Positions 41,345 through 53,452 of a DNA stretch of 64,000 bases are shown here, piece by piece. The notes under the pieces were generated by a model, which was not told where the DNA came from, did not search any database, and saw only the letters and a list, made by a program, of their open reading frames with translations. The DNA is from Octopus sinensis (Eukaryota): NCBI RefSeq assembly GCF_006345805.1, contig NW_021835967.1, positions 22,178 through 86,177 on the forward strand. The letters are read 5' to 3'. Each line of letters starts with the position of its first letter. Positions within the stretch are counted from its first letter, which is position 1. The position numbers were made by a program, and so were the translations under genes.

Positions 41345-41389
41345 CGTACGCCGACGACAGGTCAATACCTAGAAACTGCAGTCTGTGCA
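41345..41389 (+). ncRNA. Hammerhead-like motif, copy 2 of the 354-bp tandem element
   Basis: CGUACG-CCGACGA-C-AGGU(CAAU)ACCU-A-GAAAC-UGCA-GUC^UGUGC. Only U4C deviates from the core; stem III palindrome is ACUGCAGU. Confidence 0.65.
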
Positions 41390-41662
41390 TATCACTTAGG
41401 TTGACAAGGGAGGGATGACCTCCCTTTGCAAATACCATAAGGGCACAGAAAGTGTGCCTAAAGCCAGCAGGAGACGATGCTCTCCTGGGGCTACAAGCTA
41501 CAGTAACACCCACCCTTAGTGGTTAGCCATATTGAGATGGCAAGTATACCTCACAATCTTTATTTTGTTTACTGGTTAATCTAGCACTGGATACATACAG
41601 CTGTCTAGATATCTGGGACAGTAACTTTGATACATCACCAAACATCTGAAGTACAAATAAAA

Positions 41663-42045
41663 TCTCTCTATATATAAACGGCAGTTTGTCTGTGTGTGTT
41701 TCTGTGTGTCTGTTAGGTTGTACCCTCACCCTGACCACGGCTTTCAACCGATTCTGATGAAACTTGACACACACATAGCCCAATGTCATAATTCAAAACT
41801 AACGCAGCGAAAATTTTGAAAAGTTCCCCCAGTTCTGAAAAAAATCGATAAATTCGACATGGGGTCGAGAATCAGAAACACATACCACAGACTGTCTAGG
41901 GGACGCAACTCGACCTTTTTAACTCTCAAAAAAATTTACCATCATTTTTTTTCCATTTTTTTGCTATTTTTTGGCTATCACTCTCTAAAAATGCTTTATA
42001 GTTATTTCCCTTACAAACCCGAGCAACGCTGGGCGATACTGCTAG
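41663..42045 (+). mobile_element. Non-autonomous Helitron
   Basis: a|TCtctctatatataaacggc...cccgagcaacgctggg cgatactgCTAG|t. Confidence 0.75.
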
Positions 42046-42194
42046 TCCAAATATAAACATGATGCATTTGGAATCAAAAGCCAGTAGAGTTTCACTCGTG
42101 GTAGATACCACAGTATAATCTGTTCTAACGGAACATCTATGGTTAAGTGGGAACAAATATAACCCCTTCGTATTAATACTACATTTGTCACTAA

Positions 42195-43111
42195 TACTCT
42201 TTTACTTGCTTCAGTCATATGACTGCAGCCATGCTGGGGCACCGCCTTTAGTCGAGCAAATCGGCCCCAGGACTTATTCTTTCTGAGCCTAGTACTTATT
42301 CTATCAGTCTCTTTTGCCGAACCGCTAAGTTACGGGGACGTAAACACACCAGATTCGGTTGTCAAGCGATGTTGGGGGGACAAACACAGAGGCTATAGTA
42401 GAAGACACTTGCCCGAGGTGCCCCGCAGTGGGACTGAACCTGGAATCATGTGGTTGGTAAGCAAGCTGCTTACCACACAGCCACTCCTGCGCCTATACTC
42501 TTTTACTTGTTTCATGCATTTGACTGTGGCCATGCTGGAGCACCACCTTTAATTGAGCAACTCGACCCCGGGACTTATTCTTTTGTAAGCCCAGTACTTA
42601 TTCTATCGGTCTCTTTTGCCGAACCGCTAAGTAACGGGGACATAAACACACCAGCATCGGTTGTCAAGCAATGCTAGGGGGACAAACACAAACACACACA
42701 TGCATATATATATATACGACAGGCTTCTTTCAGTTTCCGTCTAACAAATCTACTCACAAGGCTTTGGTCGGCCCAAGGCTATAGTAGAAGACACTTGCCC
42801 AAGGTGCTACGCAGTGGGACTGAACCCGGAACCATGTGGTTGGTAAGCAAGCTACTTACCACACAGCCACTCCTGCGCCTATATATATATACCTTTACCT
42901 TTTACTTTGCTTTAGTCATTTGACTGCGGCCATGCTGGAGCACCGCCTTTAATCAAGCAACTTGATCCCAGGACTTATTCTTTTGTAAGCCCAGTACTTA
43001 TTCTATCGGTCTCTTTTGCCGAACCACTAAGTGACGGGAACGTAAACACACCAGCATCGGTTGTCAAGCAATGCTAGGGGGACAAACACAGACACACAAA
43101 CACATACACGC

Positions 43112-43144
<33 letters not shown>

Positions 43145-43293
43145 TACGACAGGCTTCTTTCAGTTTCCGTCTACCAAATCCACTCACAAGGCTTTGGTCG
43201 GCCCGGGGCTATAGTAGAAGACAGTTACCGAAGGTGCCATGCAGTGGGACTGAACCCGGAACCATGTGGTTGGTTAGCAAGCTACTTACCACA
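42195..43293 (-). mobile_element. Three head-to-tail SINE-A copies
   Basis: Copies at 42195-42492, 42495-42880 and 42895-43293. Confidence 0.85.
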
Positions 43294-43532
43294 CGAAGGA
43301 AAAACACAAGTTAAAAACAACAACGTGAGGATGTGGTACATGCAAAGTATTAACAGACGCTCAGGGAAAGGAAGGAAGGTAGTTTTTATGTTTCAAGCAA
43401 AGCTCTTCTTCACAAACAGGCGACAGAGAAAAGTCCATGAGAAAAGGATGAGGGAGGAAAATAATTGCCAACGATCCACATGTAGTTATATGCATATATA
43501 TGTGTGTGTGGATACGGAAATAGATAGATAGA

Positions 43533-44332
43533 TATTGGGTTGTCCGGAAAGTTCATGCTGATTTTCAAAGGAAAGAAAAAGGTCAATAAATATTTGCCAT
43601 TACATTTTTAATCAACCAAATATGAACCATTTTGTTGCACAATGCGTCTCCATCTTTCCTTTAACTTGAAAGCACCCTCTTCCCAGAACTGAGGTGCCTG
43701 GGAGGGTAAGTCGAAAGGTAAGCTACTATAGATTGGCATGAACTTTCCAGACAACCCAATATATATATATTGGATTGTCCAGAAAGTTTGTGCCGATTTT
43801 TAAAGGCAAGACAAAAGGTCAAGAAATACTTGCCATTACATTTTTAATCAACCAAATATGAACCATTTTGTTGCACAACGCGTCTCCATCTTTCCTTTAA
43901 CTTGAAAATACCCTCTTCCCAGAATTGAGGTGGTTTCATGGCAAAGAATTCATCAAGGTATCTTTTTATGTCATCGCAGGGATTTTTTACCATTAAGACT
44001 ATTCTGCAGAGACCTGAATAAGTGGTAATCTGAAGGAGCAATATCTGGTGAAAATGAAGGGTGGGGTAACACATTCCAGCCAAGCTACAGCAATTTTTGT
44101 CTGGTTCCCAAAGCATCAAGGGCCGAAAATGAACTTTCTTATCTTCCATTTTAAAGGGTTACAGAATTAACACAGGTTATAGGAACATAAACCTTCTTCC
44201 ACGAAAAGATAGCTTAAACTGTGCTCTAAATGGATGTGTAGTCAAATCCTATTTTATGGACACAACCATGTTCTAAAATAAGTCGAAAGATAAGCTACTA
44301 TAAATTGACACAAACTTTCCGGACAATCCAAT
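43533..44332 (-). mobile_element. Two internally deleted mariner copies
   Basis: TIR tattgggttgtccggaaagt / actttccagacaacccaata. The minus strand encodes WNVLPHPSFSPDIAPSDYHLFRSLQNSLNG and YLDEFFAMKPPQFWEEGIFKLKERWRRVVQQNGSY (mariner SPDLAPSDY motif). Confidence 0.85.
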
Positions 44333-44910
44333 ATTTTGAGAGAAAAGCATAGCTAGCTTAAACTGGGCTCTAAATGGAGGTGTAGTCAAATCCTATTTTA
44401 TGGACTCAACCATGTTCTATAATAAGTCGAAAGGTAAGCTACTATAAATCGGCACAAACTTTCCAGACAACCCAATATCTTGAGAGAAAAGCATAGCTAG
44501 CTTAAACTGGGCTCTAAATGGAGGTGTAGTCAAATTCTGTTTTATGGACTCAACCATGTTCTAAAATAAGTCGAAAGGTAAGCTGCTATAAATTGGCACG
44601 AACTTTCCAGACAACCCAATATCTTGAGAGAAAAGCACAGCTAGCTTAAACTGGGCTCTAAATGGAGGTGTAGTCAAATCCTATTTTATGGACTCAACCA
44701 TGTTCTAAAATATGTCGAAAGGTAAGCTGCTATAAATCGGCACGAACTTTCCAGACAACCCAATATCTTGAGAGAAAAGCAGAGCTAGCTTAAACTGGGC
44801 TCTAAATGGAGGTGTAGTCAAATCCTATTTTATGGACTCAACCATGTTCTAAAATAAGTCGAAAGATAAGCTACTATAAATCGGCATGAACTTTCCAGAC
44901 AACCCAATAG
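44333..44910. repeat. 144-bp tandem array made from the mariner terminus including its TIR
   Basis: Units start near 44341, 44485, 44629 and 44773; each ends aactttccagacaacccaata. Confidence 0.85.
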
Positions 44911-45673
44911 ATTGATATAGATGGATGGATGGTCTGACAGACAGGCAAACAAACAGACAGAAAGACAGATAGATAGATAGAAGCTACACTCACACACACA
45001 CACACAAGTGTAGCTCACCTAAAGATCTGCTTATGAACACCCCGGATTAAAAATATCCTTTTCAAAATTACATAAATAAAAAAAAAAATCAACTCAAAAG
45101 CTGAATTTGATTGTGAAAATTGAAATCTAAGCATTCATAATGATAGCTTTAAAAGTTTAATTAATTATCACAAGGTACCTTGATAACGAGCATGTGGTTC
45201 GTTATGTGTTTGTTCATCCCAGGTATTTAATTAGTTTCCATGTCAAGAAATCAATAATTCAAAATTTATTGATTTTTGCGATATTGACTCTTTTGTATGC
45301 ATGTATACATATACACATGCATATATATATTTATATATATATATACATACATACATATATATATATATATGCATATATATACACATATATACCCTGTGTA
45401 CAAATGTGTGGGTATATATGCATATGATGATCAGCTTTTTAACACAATATATATGTATATGCATATATATGTATAGTATATTTGTGTGTGTGTATATACA
45501 TTTATATATATATATATATATGTATTTGTGTATATCTATATGCATATAGCTATACACATACATATATGTATATATACATACATATATAAATATATATGTA
45601 TAAATGTACGTATGCATAAACGTACATATGTATATATATAGTCAAATATATACATAAATATATATATGCATAC

Positions 45674-45753
<80 letters not shown>

Positions 45754-46034
45754 GCATATATAGTCTGTATGTGTGTGTGCATGTATATGCACTTAGCATT
45801 TTGCACAACATGTGACAGCTGAATTTGGAAATATGCATTTACCACTGTCAGAAAGTATGGCATTTTAATCCAATAATCACAATTCAACTTTTATCAAATT
45901 TCTTCCTGATTAAACAAAATAATGAAATGAATATTAATTTTTAAAAGAAATATATTTATTCTCTTAAAATGAAATTAAATAATGTGAAACACTGCTATAC
46001 ATAATTTGTTCTTGATGTGTTCTAACAGATTTAA

Positions 46035-46257
46035 CCCTTTAGTGTTCAGATTATTCTGTCAAATGTGATGTTTTTTTTTTATTTAAAATGGTTTGAATTA
46101 ATCATGCATTATCTTGTAATTTAGAAATTTCAGTGATGTGATTTTTTAGTTTTGGAATGACATGGTAGGGCTGAGGTGAGAGGCAAGATCTGGTCAGTTT
46201 CAATATAAAACAGGTCAAATATTTTGGCCGGACACGGCCGGTTTGAATGCTAAAGGG
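46035..46257. mobile_element. piggyBac-type MITE
   Basis: TTAA|CCCTTTAG...CTAAAGGG|TTAA termini. Confidence 0.75.
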
Positions 46258-46507
46258 TTAAAGAGGAATATGGCAACCACTGCTGTATTTTGTGTACAGA
46301 GAACAACTTCTCTTTTCTCCTTTGCATTGCTCTTCCCACAGCTATTGTGTCAATTACTTCCTCACATCATCATCATCCTACCTCTATGTTTCTTCCTCTC
46401 TCACAGTGTGTGCATGTGTATAGCATTCTTTTACTCATTGCAAGCCACCAAGACCAGTATGTGTACTCATCCTGCCCCTTATGTTAATTCCCTCTGTATC
46501 ACTCTCT

Positions 46508-46554
<47 letters not shown>

Positions 46555-46674
46555 CTCCTCTCACTGTATAATGTAAAAACTTGAATCAAAATCAGCCAAC
46601 TAATGTCTGCTACTACATCATCATCATCAACAACATCATTATCATCATCATCTTCATTATTAAAGGGGTGAGCT

Positions 46675-46771
46675 AGAAGAAGAAGAAGAAGAAGAGGAGG
46701 AGGAGGAGGAGGAGGAAGCAGAAGAGGAGGAGGAAGAAGAAGAAGAAGAAGAGGAGGAAGAAGAAGAAGAA

Positions 46772-46804
<33 letters not shown>

Positions 46805-47405
46805 GAGTAGGAAGAAGAGGAGGAGGAGGAAGAAGAAGAAGAAGAAAAAGAGGAGGAAGAAGAAGAAGTGGAGGCAGAAGGAGAGAATAGGAGGAAGAAG
46901 AAAAGGAGGAGGAGGAGGAGGAGGAAGAAGAGGAGGAGGGGAAGAAGAAGAAAAGGAGGAGGAAGAAGAAGAAGAAGAAGAGAGGAGGAGGAAGGAGAAG
47001 AAGAAGAAGAATTGATTTCAGTACTCTAAAGAAATAACGCTGAATTCTTCTTCATTGAAGGGTAAAGGAGTGTGCTGGGTTTCAATTCCACTGCAAGAAC
47101 CTTGGGCAAATGTCCTTTTTCTACATCTTTAATTTGACCTATATCTTGTGTGTGTGTACATTTGGATGGTCGGAAAGTGTCTGGAAGCCTGTCTGATGGC
47201 TTGAATGCTTGTAACAGTGAGTCATGCTGTTTCCGCGCTTGAGTATGCATTTCTGTGGAGTACTCGGCCACATATAGCTGTTCATTCAATGAGCAGGCTA
47301 TTTCAGTTTCTCGAATAAGCTGTATGGTAGAAGAAGAAGAAGAAGAAGGAGAAGAACAAGAAGAACAAGAACAATAATAATAATAAGAAGAAGAACAACA
47401 ATAAC

Positions 47406-47443
<38 letters not shown>

Positions 47444-47750
47444 TAATAATAATGATAATAATAATAATAATAATAATAATGATAATAATAATAATGATAA
47501 TAATAATGATGATAATAATAATGATAATAATAATAATGATAATAATAATGATGATAATAATGATGATAATATAATAATGATATAATAATGATAATAATAA
47601 TAATGATAATAATAATAATGATATAATAATAATGATAATAAAATGATGATAATAATAATGATAATAATATGATGATAATAATAATAATAATAATAATAAT
47701 GATAATAATGATAATAATAATAATAATAATAATAATATAATAATAATAAT
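46675..47750. repeat. (GAA/GAG)n and (AAT/GAT)n tracts
   Basis: (GAA/GAG)n at 46675-47010 and (AAT/GAT)n at 47330-47750. Similar tracts at 20550-20975, 48297-48760 and 49695-50225. CT-rich tracts at 10540-11058 and 21150-21700. Confidence 0.95.
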
Positions 47751-48296
47751 TGCAGTACCAGGCAGTGGCTCTCATGGCTTCTGATCTTACTGATTGGAAG
47801 TGTTATCATGTACATTGTTTTGTCTTGGTATAAAAGATGGGCTACAGCAAATATTCTGCTCAATACCACAGATTTGCTTGTCAGTTGTTTGACCTTAACC
47901 AGTTGAGCATGTCCCTTAGTGGCTGATGATATGTGCATCTCTGATCACGAGCAGAAGTAGTGGGGGAGCATCATAGCCATGTGTTGAGAGGGATTCTTTC
48001 GGGTTTGAATAGTTCACCTCTGGAAACATGGGTGGTTCTTTCAACATCCTTAAACAACCCTTATTCAGGGACCTTTTGAGCGGGATGGGCTACTCAACAT
48101 GAAGAAAATTCTAACTGGGCCCCACCTGCAGGGTCATGTACTGTTTATCTTGATATGAGATCGCCATGTCGCGCACATATGGTTGTGATGCATGTGTCTG
48201 GTGTACCTTTATCAGACGGGTAGTCATGATGGGTATATTGGGCTTCGTATATTTTACCCCAGTGTCACTTTGATGGCATGAACTGCTCTCTCACTC
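47751..48296. mobile_element. ~545-bp non-coding element inserted in (TAA)n, copy 1
   Basis: Begins tgcagtaccaggcagtggctctc and ends ctctctcactc; near-identical to 60558-61092 and 61119-61664. All three copies are bounded by (TAA)n. Confidence 0.75.
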
Positions 48297-48323
48297 AATA
48301 ATAATAATAATAATAATAATGAA

Positions 48324-48370
<47 letters not shown>

Positions 48371-48443
48371 AAATAATAATAATAATAATGATAATAATAA
48401 TAATAATAATGAAAATAATAATAACAATAATAATAATAATGAA

Positions 48444-48481
<38 letters not shown>

Positions 48482-48504
48482 TAATAATGAAAATAATAAT
48501 AATG

Positions 48505-48544
<40 letters not shown>

Positions 48545-48545
48545 A

Positions 48546-48583
<38 letters not shown>

Positions 48584-48593
48584 AAATAATGAA

Positions 48594-48651
<58 letters not shown>

Positions 48652-48653
48652 TG

Positions 48654-48745
<92 letters not shown>

Positions 48746-48761
48746 GATGATGATGATAATA

Positions 48762-49705
48762 CGGGCAGAATCAAATTGAGAGGCGGTGGAGCCAGAAGCC
48801 CCTGCATGGACAATATATTCTCCGAAGCCAAAATGCTGATGTAGACTAAGCAACAACCCATCTGTGGATGAAGAGTTCAGGATTGAAAGCAGAGACTGAA
48901 GGCTTCATACTGGCAGCACAAGATCAAAGCTTGTTTACCAGAAATTACCAAGCTAGCGTTCTCCGAAACGGTACTGACCCTAAATGCAGATTCTGCGACA
49001 CATTTGACGAAACAATAGACCATCTCGTTTCGGGATGTCCTGTGCTGACACCAAACGAATGCAAAAATCGCCACGATAGGGTAGGACAGTATATACATTG
49101 GAAGATATGTAAACACTGCGAATTCGGCACTCCTGCTAACTGGTATGAACACCATCCTCAGCTAGTTGTTGAAGGTAAAAATGTCACCATCCTCTGGGAT
49201 TTTCCAGTCAACACTGACAGAACGATCAAGGCTAATCGACCAGACATAATTGTTAAAGACAGGGAAGAAAATACCTGCAGACTAATAGAGGTAAGCGTCC
49301 CCACTGATAAAAATGTAAAGGAATTTGACAAACTTAGTAAATATAAGGACCTGGAAATCGAAATACAAAAGATGAGGAATCTTAAAACAAAAACTGTTCC
49401 TGTTATTGTAGGTGCCCTAGGTATGATAAAAAAGGGATGTCAGAAACACCTAGACAATATCCCTGGAGAACCATGTCTAAAGGTAATCCAAAAGATTGTG
49501 CTAACAAGTACTGCCCACATCCTTAGAAAAACCCTATCAACGTAAATGTCTGTGTTTGTATTACATGGAGATATTTCTCTACTTCCCCTCCCCAAGCTTT
49601 CAGCTATATTTCAACAACTCTTAACCTTCACTTGCCCTAGGGGCACTGGGTGTGCCCCGGCAAGTGATTGCATCAAACATGCAGATTAAAAGTAAATGAA
49701 AATAA
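48762..49705 (+). mobile_element. 5'-truncated R4/Dong-clade non-LTR retrotransposon (C-terminal zinc knuckle and restriction-like endonuclease)
   Basis: ORF 48868-49545 has LKAETEG, CRFC...ETIDHLVSGC (CCHC), RHD and NRPDIIVKD...LIEVSVP...K (PD..D/E-K). The frame extends upstream (WSQKPLHGQY) through one stop. A 3' UTR hairpin lies near 49629-49666. The element is flanked by (TAA)n, the known Dong target. Confidence 0.85.
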
Positions 49706-49834
49706 TAATAATAATAATAATAATGATAATAATGAAAATAAGAATAATAATAATAATTATAATAATATAATAATGAAAAAAATAATAATAATAATAATAA
49801 TGAAAATAATAATAACAATAATAATAATAATGAA

Positions 49835-49881
<47 letters not shown>

Positions 49882-50093
49882 AAATAATAATAATAATAAT
49901 ATATAATAATAATAATAATAATAATATAATAATAATAATGAAAATGAAAATAATAATAATAATAATATAATAATAATAATAATAATGATAATAATGAAAA
50001 TAAGAATAATAATATAATTATAATAATAATAATAATGAAAAAAATATAATAATAATAATAATGAAAATAATAATAACAATAATAAATAATGAA

Positions 50094-50130
<37 letters not shown>

Positions 50131-50150
50131 TAATAATATAATAATATGAA

Positions 50151-50184
<34 letters not shown>

Positions 50185-50555
50185 TAATAATATAATAATA
50201 ATAATAATAATGATAATAATAATAATACAGTACTGAAACGGAGAGAAACGAACTTATAGTAAAGAAAATCAAGGGAAGTAACTCCAGAAAATATTTCAAG
50301 GGAGGAAACTCTGTATTTGAACTGTAATGTTTTTTCCGTCGGAGCGAGAATGATGTCATTTGTTTAAAACGATACATCTTAGTTATTTTTTGCCGTATAA
50401 ATCCTGTTGGTTACCAGCGGACACTCATAGTCATTCGATGTTTAAAAACTAGTTTTATAGATACGTCTATTAAAATTCCTATTTTGTTTTTCATACATTT
50501 TTCTATAACACTTTCCGCGAGAACATATTTCAGTGACCGGATGCATGATAAACTG

Positions 50556-51035
50556 CCGTAAATCCTCGAGTATAGTCCGCCCTTGAGTATAATACGCAGG
50601 GGATTTTTAGGAGGCTGTTCCTCAGAAAAAACCTAAACCTTGTGTATAATACGTACCCCTTCTCTAACTTGAGTCAAGGAAGTTTATATAACATCCTTGG
50701 TTTGTAAAAATGTACCGTAAATCCTCAAGTATAGTCCGCCCTTGAATATAATACGCAGGGGATTTTTAGGAGGCTATTCCTCAGAAAAACCTAAACCTTG
50801 TGTATAATACGCACCCCTTCTCTAACTTGAGTCAAGGAAGTTTATATAACATCCTTGGTTTGTAAAAATGTACCGTAAATCCTCAAGTATAGTCCGCCCT
50901 TGAATATAATACGCAGGGGATTTTTAGGAGGATATTCCTCAGAAAAACCTAAACCTTGTGTATAATACGCACCCCTTCTCTAACTTGAGTCAAAGAGGTC
51001 TATATAACGTCCTTGGTTTGTAAAAACGTATACGG
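50556..51035. repeat. Three tandem 158-159-bp units from a pogo/Tc2-like DNA transposon end
   Basis: Units begin ccgtaaatcctc at 50556, 50715 and 50873; the array ends ...tatacggt. Confidence 0.65.
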
Positions 51036-51267
51036 TGACGTCTTTTATTATTATTGTATATATAACAAAATGCAAACGTGTAGCTTTTTTGTGCATTTTG
51101 TTTGCAGAAAATAAAGAAATAACAGTAATAACGTTTAATAAATGTTGCTTACTGCAAGTTATGGATGATTCTTTTATGACTTCATTGCTTTCAGGCTTAG
51201 CTTAAGTTATTTTCGCGCCTGGCATTTCTTTCTCTTCTCTTCCTTCTTTGGACTTTTCCTTTTCTCC

Positions 51268-51300
51268 TTTCCGACGAAGAGCAATGCTCGAAACGTTAAA
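51268..51300 (+). ncRNA. Degenerate hammerhead-like motif (C4 variant)
   Basis: UUU-CCGACGA-A-GAGC(AAU)GCUC-GAAAC-GUU^AAA; stem I is only 3 bp. Confidence 0.45.
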
Positions 51301-51764
51301 CTCTCTCCTTTCACCGATCGTCAAGTTAATAATTTCTTATGAACGTTCTCACGTTCGTTATTTTTCGTTTTTTTCCGTTATTATTAATTTATTTCCGTTT
51401 GTTTGAATTTTCTCTCCCTCTCCTCTCTCCTCTCTACACACACACACACACACAAATATATAGAGAGAGGCCAAAGTGCACGTACGCCGCTATATTTTTA
51501 TATATAAAAAATACGAAAATGGGACAAGAACGAAAACCTCCAGACAGACGACACAAAGAAAACAAGGATGGGTCATTCGGAGTTTTCTTTCTTCAGTTGA
51601 GTTCCAGATTATCTTTGCAATTTCGGCTGGTTATACTCGAGATTGGTCCAATCTGGCCAACCCCAAGGAAAAACTGAGCTAAGAGCATTAGATTCCTTGG
51701 AATAAAGCAGCGAATTTATACGAAAATAAAGACGGAAAACAACGGAGAAATGGTACACAAATAC

Positions 51765-52152
51765 AAATGGAAGCACTCCGTCGGTTCCGACGATGAGGGT
51801 TCCGGTTGATCCGATCAACGGAACAGCCTGCTCGTGAAATTAACGTGCAAGTGGCTGAGCACTCCACAGACACGTGTACCCTTAACGTAGTTCTTGAGGA
51901 TATTCAGCGTGACACAGAGAGTGACAAGGCCGGCCCTTTGAAGTACAGGTACAACAGAAACAGGAAGTAAGAGTGAGAGAAAGTTGTGGTGAAAGAGTAC
52001 AGCAGGGATCACCACCATCCCCTGCCGGAGCACCGTGGAGCTTTTAGGTGTTTTCGCTCAATAAACACTCACAACGCCCGGTCTGGGAATCGAAACCACG
52101 ATCCTACGACCGCGAGTCCGCTGCCCTAACCACTGGGCCATTGCGCCTCCAC
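51765..52152 (-). mobile_element. Full-length SINE-C with 14-bp TSD
   Basis: acacaaatacaaat flanks both ends. It interrupts an older repeat (51480-52270). Other SINE-C copies at 6047-7668 (interrupted), 38012-38398, and variants at 25640-25950 and 38475-38790. Confidence 0.85.
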
Positions 52153-52404
52153 ACAAATACAAATAACAGGACATTAACTACGGGTGTCTTTTGACTAAGG
52201 ATGAATTAAATTAAGCTGGCGTGTGTAGAAGTAAAGCCTTACGGCAGGGACATAAGAATTGACAGGTACAGGAAGGAATATAGATGTTGCACGGATGGTA
52301 GACGAACAAAAAAAGAAAGGTCATGTGGGGAGAGAAATAGGTAGAGGCAGAGGGATAGAAGAATTAAGGAGGGGCGATAAAAAATAAAAGTCCATAAATA
52401 AAAT

Positions 52405-52640
52405 AAAATGCACCATAAATGTTCAATAATATTGAGATCGGGGGACTGTGGTGACCAGATAAGATGTTCAACTTCACTAGAATGTCCCTCGTGCCATTTA
52501 GCTGTGTGAATTGGTGCATTATCATCCTGCAAGATTTCGTTTCCCTCCGGAAACAGTTCCGCAACCACTGGATGAAATTGATCGGAGAAAATGCTTAAAT
52601 AGTTTTGACTATTAATTCTGCCATGAAGGGAAACCACTGG
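52405..52640 (-). mobile_element. Tc1-like transposase fragment
   Basis: ILQDDNAPIHTAK...HLIWSPQSPDLNIIEHLW (Tc1 DDE motifs). Confidence 0.8.
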
Positions 52641-52799
52641 ACCGGCAGATTTCCAAGATGCATGCATACAGACAGACAGACAGATATAATGTATGTTGGT
52701 GTTTTGTGTGTGAACTGTGCAGCGCAGTGTATAGTGTCGTGCACTATAGCAGAATGGCGTATAGATTGTTGCAGTGTATATTATAACAGTATATAATGC

Positions 52800-52842
<43 letters not shown>

Positions 52843-52878
52843 TAAGAAAGTTTGTTTGGTAAAGCACGTGGGTGAATA

Positions 52879-53229
52879 TATAAGAAAATAGTAAAGTGTG
52901 AAAAAACGACAGAAGGCTTAAATGTTAAAAAATATATATATATATTTGTGTCAAAATGTCTGGAGAATATTGGAAAAATTTTTTTTCCTTTCCTTAAAAT
53001 GACATAATTTTAAAATTTTTAAAGAAATTACCGGTTTCGCGTGTAGCTTTTCAAATTTCTTGTGACGTTATGTTTATATTGCATGGAGTTATCGTTGTAT
53101 TTATTTTCAGGAGATTTCTAAATAAGGGGAGGTAGTGAGTGATTTCTTCCGGACATTTTGACACAAATATATATATTTTTTAACATTTAAGCCTTCTGTC
53201 GTTTTTTCACACTTTACTATTTTCTTATA
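52879..53229. repeat. Inverted repeat (~85-bp arms) enclosing the U3-A8 HHR
   Basis: 52879-52965 mirrors 53146-53229; the spacer contains the HHR at 53022-53061. Confidence 0.8.
53022..53061 (-). ncRNA. Minimal hammerhead ribozyme with U3-A8 core variant
   Basis: AAGAAAU-UUGAAAA-GC(UACAC)GC-GAAAC-CG-GUA^AUUUCUU. Seven-bp stem I and palindromic stem III (ACCGGU); C3-G8 is replaced by U3-A8. Confidence 0.65.
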
Positions 53230-53309
53230 TATATATATATATACCGGAGTAAACACATAAATGTGAAACAAGGTGGAAAAAAGAGTACTCAAATACCAGT
53301 GGTAGAGTA

Positions 53310-53452
53310 ATATGCTTTATTTTAAGCAGCAGAAAATTCAACAAAATCTGTTACTCTGAGTTTCTCGTTGCCCTGAGTTTCTGATGAACGGCAACGAGAA
53401 ACTCAGAGTAACAGATTTTGTTGAATTTTCTGCTGCTTAAAATAAAGTATAT
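53310..53452. repeat. Fold-back palindrome with an HHR core at the loop
   Basis: Arms at 53310-53372 and 53390-53452. Plus strand reads CUGAUGA-A-CG(GCAA)CG-A-GAAAC-UCAGA-GUA at 53381-53410; stem I is disrupted. Confidence 0.75.

Larger units (their letters stand above)
40723..41554 (+). mobile_element. Non-autonomous Penelope-like/retrozyme-type composite: inverted arm plus 1.7 tandem 354-bp units
   Basis: Inverted arms at 40723-40966 and 41006-41249; a direct repeat copy at 41319-41554. Flanked by the 12-bp direct repeat aatctttatttt (40711-40722 and 41555-41566). Confidence 0.7.

Noticed and set aside
46675-47010. Poly-Glu coding exon
   Set aside because: It is a (GAA/GAG)n tract with in-register TAG stops and no splice context.
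48060-48130. HDV-like ribozyme in the 545-bp TAA element
   Set aside because: I could not build a consistent P1/P2/P3 with the L3 consensus by hand; it needs a descriptor search.
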